DNA of 17,412 nucleotides from Zygophlyctis sp. KS116 (lineage: Eukaryota; Fungi; Chytridiomycota), in the NCBI GenBank assembly GCA_054661495.1, contig BAAFSQ010000209.1, positions 1 to 17,412 of the forward strand, read 5' to 3'. Each line of letters begins with the position of its first letter. The stretch's first letter is position 1. The notes under the pieces were generated by a model. It was not told the DNA's origin. It ran no database searches and saw only the letters and a program-made list of their open reading frames with translations. Position numbers and translations under genes: made by a program. Below are positions 10,611 through 17,412 of the stretch, in pieces.

Positions 10611-13600
10611 TTAAACATGAAATACAAGCTCGGTATTATCCACGCTGTTAAGTTGAACGCCTCTTTCGTCAATCCACTTTAGTCGGACATGCTCTAGGAC
10701 ACTGATTATGGATATACTGGCCGGTGGACCAATGTTAAAGGTTCTATATGCCTTTAATTTACCTCCAGTGCTCATGCTAGCAAAAGCGGATGATGTTGCA
10801 TGGGCCGCAGCTGATCCTCCTAAAGCTCCTACCAATGAGCCGAAAAACCCAGTATAAGGCTGCCAAAATTTTAGACAGTTTTCTAAAATAGAAAATGAAC
10901 AAATCAATTTTCCATCAGAAGAGAAAGAAACGGCGGAAACAGGTTTCAAATGTCCCTGAATAATTAGAAAAAAGGGATTATACCTCCAAAATGAGAATTT
11001 TTGCAGCTATGCGAAGATCATATATAATGATGCTTCCTTCCATAGTTCCCACTGCTAATCTTTGTGTAGATGAATGAAATGCAATATTTGGATAATTTCG
11101 AACTAATTCGGCAAAATTCACTGTTGCGAGCGGCAATAATGCAGATCGTGCTTCAGGACTATTAGGATCCAGTGCTCTAACCATTGAATCTACTATTCCA
11201 GCTAAAAATGGATAAAGCTGCACCATACTCTAATACTAAGTTATTTCTTATTAAATACCTTTGAGAAAAATCCAGTCATCAACTTTAGACAGCCTGACCT
11301 CTCTGAATGACTTTTGGAGTGAATTAGATCAAAGTTTAGAGTGCTTATCACCAATCCCGGATTGCAGTCAGTAATAAGATCAATAGACCGTCTGGCGGCA
11401 ACCATAGTAGCTGGCCGAATAGATGTTGAGTTAATCAAGCTGGGATTTTCTGGACTGCCAGTGATGATAGGTGGGGCGCCTGCAACCAGCCCCGTTAAAT
11501 ATATAATTTTTCTCAATACATTGGCGCCATTTACATGAGGTTCCCAGACTGAAAATCCTGAGCCCAAAATTTCTATTGCTTGAGTAGCGTAATTTGAATT
11601 TAGGTCATCATACATAATTGCATCTAATGATTCAGCAACAGCTTTGCAGATTTCTTGAGGAAGGAGTGTTTTTTCATTCATTCCAAATATTCCAAGGATA
11701 ATTGCAGCCCTCATCTCTGCTTTACTACAACCAGATGTCCCAGATTTAGGTAGATATGCTTTCCAATAATTGACGATTGCCATTTTTTCCTCGAAAGACA
11801 TTTTTGCGAGCATTGCAACAAAAATACTTCTTGCTGCTTGCTGAATATCCATTACAGGATCTTGCCAGTATTTGGTTAACAAAGAAAATGACGGGAATTT
11901 GAAATTCTTCCCGAAAATATCGGGAAACATCACACCATAATGAGTTATAAGTGCTGAAATATATTCCTCCAATCCATTTGTTGAAAGAACAGAATGAGAT
12001 AAAGCTATGACGTTTAACAATCTTGATGCATTGAATGTCCCAGAGAGGTTCCAAAACTCACGGCTAGGCTTTTTGGAAGGTGCCAATAAAGAGAAACTCC
12101 CATTAGCGCCTCTAAGACCCATTGTAACATGCATTCCGCGTGGTTGAAGACCAAGCTTTTCTTTGCAAATAGTATCAATTTCATTTTGCAATCCCCAGGA
12201 CATTATCGAGGAGAAGATTGATTGCACAATGTCGGAATCTGGTTTGTCACCCCGAGCAGTTATTGGTCTTCTAGGCGCTTCAACTGAAGCTTTTTCCGTT
12301 CTTTTTTTGCTCCTTAATCGGCTAGCTAACTGATTCATAATTTTTTGAGGGGAATTGGAAAGACCTGAAGAGGATGCTTTTGATAGCGATTTAGAGTATA
12401 CAGGAGTTTGTGGAGTAAGAACCTGGATACCATTGTAAATTTCATCAATAAGCCGTTTGGTATTCACAGGAAACAATAAAAGCGGCATACTATCAGCCGT
12501 AGTTGGGGCTCCTTGCTGCATTAAAATGTTGAAAGGAGAGCGAATCGGAGAAATCTCGACGGTTTTTTTACCAGAAATTTTTCGAACTGCGGATGCACAG
12601 AAAGTACAATCTATTTCCGGGTCGGCATTGTGTAAAATACTGCCTTTTGACTTAAAATTAAATACTCTTTCTAGATGCATTGACTCCAACTAAAATATTT
12701 GTCATATATAAGCTTACCTGCCAAACATAACACTTATTACTGACACACTTAACGACTAAAATTTCATCTTTGCTTTTATAATAGATTTTCTCTATTTGTG
12801 AATCATGCCCGTAAAATTGGTAAACTCTATAAGCTATCAACTAATCTAAAAAATTACACTTCCTTTTCTTCAATATCAAAGATTGCAATAGAATTATCAT
12901 ATCCAAACGAAACCACCCAGTTTTTGATCCTCGGATTCTTAGCGGAAAGAAAATTAGAAAATCCAATCACTTGATCACTATGATGATAATAGGCATCGAT
13001 TTTTGAATTGGTACTAATAAAAATAAAAGCTTCTAAAAATTACCTTAAATCAAATACGTAAACCCAGCCATCCTGAGATCCAGCAAATAGTAGCTGGTCG
13101 TGATCAGATTGGCGGGTTTCCGATGCGTATAAAGACGTTATCGGACTATTGTGAGTGAAGAATGTATCACTCGGAGTAGTGAATTTCCAGTTTTCAGCTG
13201 ATAAAGAGAAAAAACTTGAAAATGTAAAGAGATAAATGCGCCCATCAGCTACCCAATCAAAAATTAAAAATATTACAGCTCCCTAATGCAATGAATTTTT
13301 TTAAGACCAATGTGATTGATGAGATTTTAATCCGAGGTAAGGTTGGCCAAGTATCGTACAAATCGACTTCTATAATTGAAAATTAAAAACATACCTTTTA
13401 CAAAATTCTGAAGTTTATAGGGGAATTCAGGCTGATTTGAAGCACTGCTGATATTTGTGGATTTAATTTCAGAGGGAAAGACCCAACTCCAAAACGATTT
13501 AATGGTTACCATATAAGGAGAAAATGCAGATTGAGGAAATTGAACGAAATGCTGCGCTGAAGAGTTGAGAGACGGATCTGAAGGAACGAAACAAGTCGTC

Positions 13601-14782
13601 CACGAACATTGATCATTTGGAGTTTGTAAATATGCTATTTTTTCAATCTCCCTAAATTTAAGAGTAATTTGATATACCTATAAGTCGGAAAAAGTCCCAG
13701 AGCCAACTTTTTTGAGCTAACAGTATGTGATCCATCAGAAATAAGCACCAGCTCATCCGAATCTGATAAACTTCCTATAAACAAATCCGTTTTTGGTCCA
13801 ATGTAATAGAAGTCAACATGACCATTACTTGCCCATAGAGCAACCATCCGCAAAGAAAGGAATCTACCACCTTTCCATGCAGAATTTTTTGGCGCTGAAA
13901 TCTTTGTTGCCATTCTGGTACAAGTCTCATCAGTGAAATATATCTTTCAGTAAAATTCAATATAAATACCAGTGCCATTTCGTCCTGTAATAATAAAAGA
14001 AGTCTTCTATCGAATGAATTACTTGTAATAAAAAAAATTCCTGGAGCATGTCCTATAGATAACTGATTTACAAATTTAATTGATGATTCGTCAAATAATG
14101 ATTCTTGGAATAATCCATCCTCAAATATAAAATAAATGCGATCCATTCCAGAGTCCTTTGGAGAAGAAAACAATATAAATGATGATATATATTGATCCAT
14201 TTCTATTTTTTGAACAACCTCTTTTTAAAAATTTAAAAACCAACCTGTAACGAAACTGAAGATAATATAGCAACTGAAGATGAATGCCCAACACAAATAA
14301 AGAATCTACTTGAAGATGTCGCCTTTAATCAATTTAAAAATAATAATTACTTTAATCCCTGTTATCTTTTCCATCCAATCCAAATTGACATATTGTAACC
14401 CCCTTCCATCTTGCAAATCCCACATGAATACTTCACTAAAATCTTAATCATTATATATCATACCCTGTTTCAGATCCAGTTAACAAAACACTTTCATCTT
14501 TTATCGGACCTTCAATTTCCATTCTACAGGTACATATCGCAGTGACTCGTGCTAAATGTCCAACCAGCAAAAGTTTTGGGACTATCTACAGCATTACGAA
14601 ATCTATAATACATTCACTCTGCCGTTTGAGTCTAATCCCTCAAAACTCTGAAGCCAGACTAGGCCATTGTTAAGCGGAACCACCAAAACTCTTCCGTTTT
14701 CAGTTGCTAATGTAGGATTATCAAAAATCCAAGAATTGGGAATATCATTCCAGAATGCCAATGGGAAAATGATGAGTGTCAT
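10611..14782 (-). CDS. WDR7: WDR7/WDR72-like (rabconnectin-3 beta) WD40 protein, ~1270 aa, 13 introns
   Basis: N-terminal IFPLAFW, PKLLLVGHLARVTAIC and GSETGEVFMWDLQDGR; central LLTKYWQDPVMDIQQAARSIF; C-terminal RALDP, QRLAVG and GHLKPVSAVSFSSDGKLI. Introns 14586-14611 (or -14617), 14436-14463, 14323-14350, 14219-14244, 13944-13969, 13652-13677, 13370-13394, 13249-13276, 13014-13043, 12827-12857, 12690-12717, 11230-11258 and 10956-10983 give one continuous frame. An in-frame ATG at 14878 is an alternative start. Confidence 0.8.
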
Positions 14783-14937
14783 GCCAAGTCTAACCAATTG
14801 ATTCGGAAAAAAGGACTGAAGACGCGAACTTGTGTCAAATCTATTGATCTTTGATAAAACAGACTTACCAAAATGCATTAATCGGTCTGCATTAAATTAT
14901 ATTAAGAAAAAACTTTAAATACCGTATGAGCTTATTG

Positions 14938-15752
14938 TCATACTTTTTGTAGAAATGACCCACTAACTGCTTCAGAGTGTCCAAAAGAAGGTGAAGATCC
15001 ATCAGGCGATGATTTATCAGTAAGCAAGTTACGCAATATTTCCTTTTCTATTTCTAATTGTTTAATCTGATTTTCCAAATCCTTTGAATGTAAAGATTGT
15101 TGTAAAAGCTGAGCTTCTAAATTTACAACTCGCTGACTAAGCTGCTTATTCTGTAGTAATAATTGTGATCTATCTAATAATGAAGGTGACTCTATTGGTA
15201 ACATGGAATCATGTCCTTCATCAAAAAATAAGCTATGATCCATATGATTTGAATATTTTGCAGACATTTCATGTATATTCCGAAGAGTTCGAAGTTTTTT
15301 AGTTGGAGATTCCACATCAAACATTTTACCTTCCCTCAATGCAGAGCAGGCAGCTCTACCACTGTCTGAAATCTTCAAGTGCCGACTTAAAGCATCTTGT
15401 CTAGAGAATAATCGACCACAATGCGGACATGGATAAGGCTTGACTTGATCATGAAGTCCCACTAATCTTAGTAAAAACAATTACACTTGTGTCTTTTCAA
15501 GTCATGAGCTCTAGCAAAACTTTGATTGCATTGATCGCATGCATGGGCTTTATATCTAAAGTTATCAAATCAATAAAGAGTACTTGTGTGGTGATATATG
15601 AGAGTCATCTACTGGATATTAGTTTAGAAATTAAAAATACTCATAGAGCCTCCAGCGGCCATTACTGCAGCAGCAGCTGCTGCTATAGCAGAGTTCTCAG
15701 AAGATGTATTTTCTTCATGTAAGAACTCTGATCGCCCGAGGTTTCTCGACAT
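14938..15752 (-). CDS. C2H2 zinc-finger transcription factor (two fingers) with C-terminal coiled coil, ~244 aa; exons 15752-15641, 15611-15584, 15555-15485, 15461-14938
   Basis: Spliced HACDQCNQSFARAHDLKRHKLGLH-DQVKPY-PCPHCGRLFSRQDALSRHL; N-terminal Ala run; Leu heptads near the C-terminus. Introns 15612-15640, 15556-15583, 15462-15484. Confidence 0.8.
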
Positions 15753-15823
15753 TTTAGGCTTTTCGCGACGTCATCAAAAGATTTGGTCATCGGCAATGAT
15801 TCCCAGCTAAAATTACTACTTTA

Positions 15824-17308
<1,485 letters not shown>

Positions 17309-17412
17309 TACCAAAAAAAATTTGCTTTTTCAACTGGCAATAACCCTAAGCACTATTGTTAGGCTTGCCTGCGCCACTTTTACTATAAAAGCGAGAAATT
17401 CTACGCCATCGG

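Noticed and set aside
11341-12693. ORFs 11341-11538, 11746-12054, 12457-12693
   Set aside because: Shadow frames within the large WDR7 exon.
17384-17390. TATAAAA on the + strand at the window edge
   Set aside because: Could serve a gene beyond the window, but this cannot be verified here and the motif is common in AT-rich DNA.

Overview
AT-rich, extremely compact eukaryotic genomic DNA, not prokaryotic. The velvet gene, fungal-type DAHP synthase and retained WDR7 and Hippo-type kinase suggest an early-diverging (chytrid-like) fungus; this lineage call is inference. The fragmented ORF track is explained by about 44 hand-reconstructed GT-AG introns, all only 23-32 nt. Nine intact genes and one pseudogene, in order: DEAD-box helicase MAK5/DDX24 (-), velvet-domain regulator (+), dolichol kinase (+), decayed OFA-like MFS transporter (-), 3-ketoacyl-CoA thiolase (+), DAHP synthase (-), meiotic E3 ligase HEI10 (+, RING domain missed by the ORF track), WDR7/rabconnectin-3beta (-), C2H2 zinc-finger/coiled-coil protein (-), and a Hippo/MST-type kinase with a SARAH-like tail (-). 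Intergenic gaps are about 5-406 bp. No RNA genes, mobile elements or CRISPR arrays were seen. All exon models and family calls come from manual reading and remembered family motifs, with no database or transcript support.
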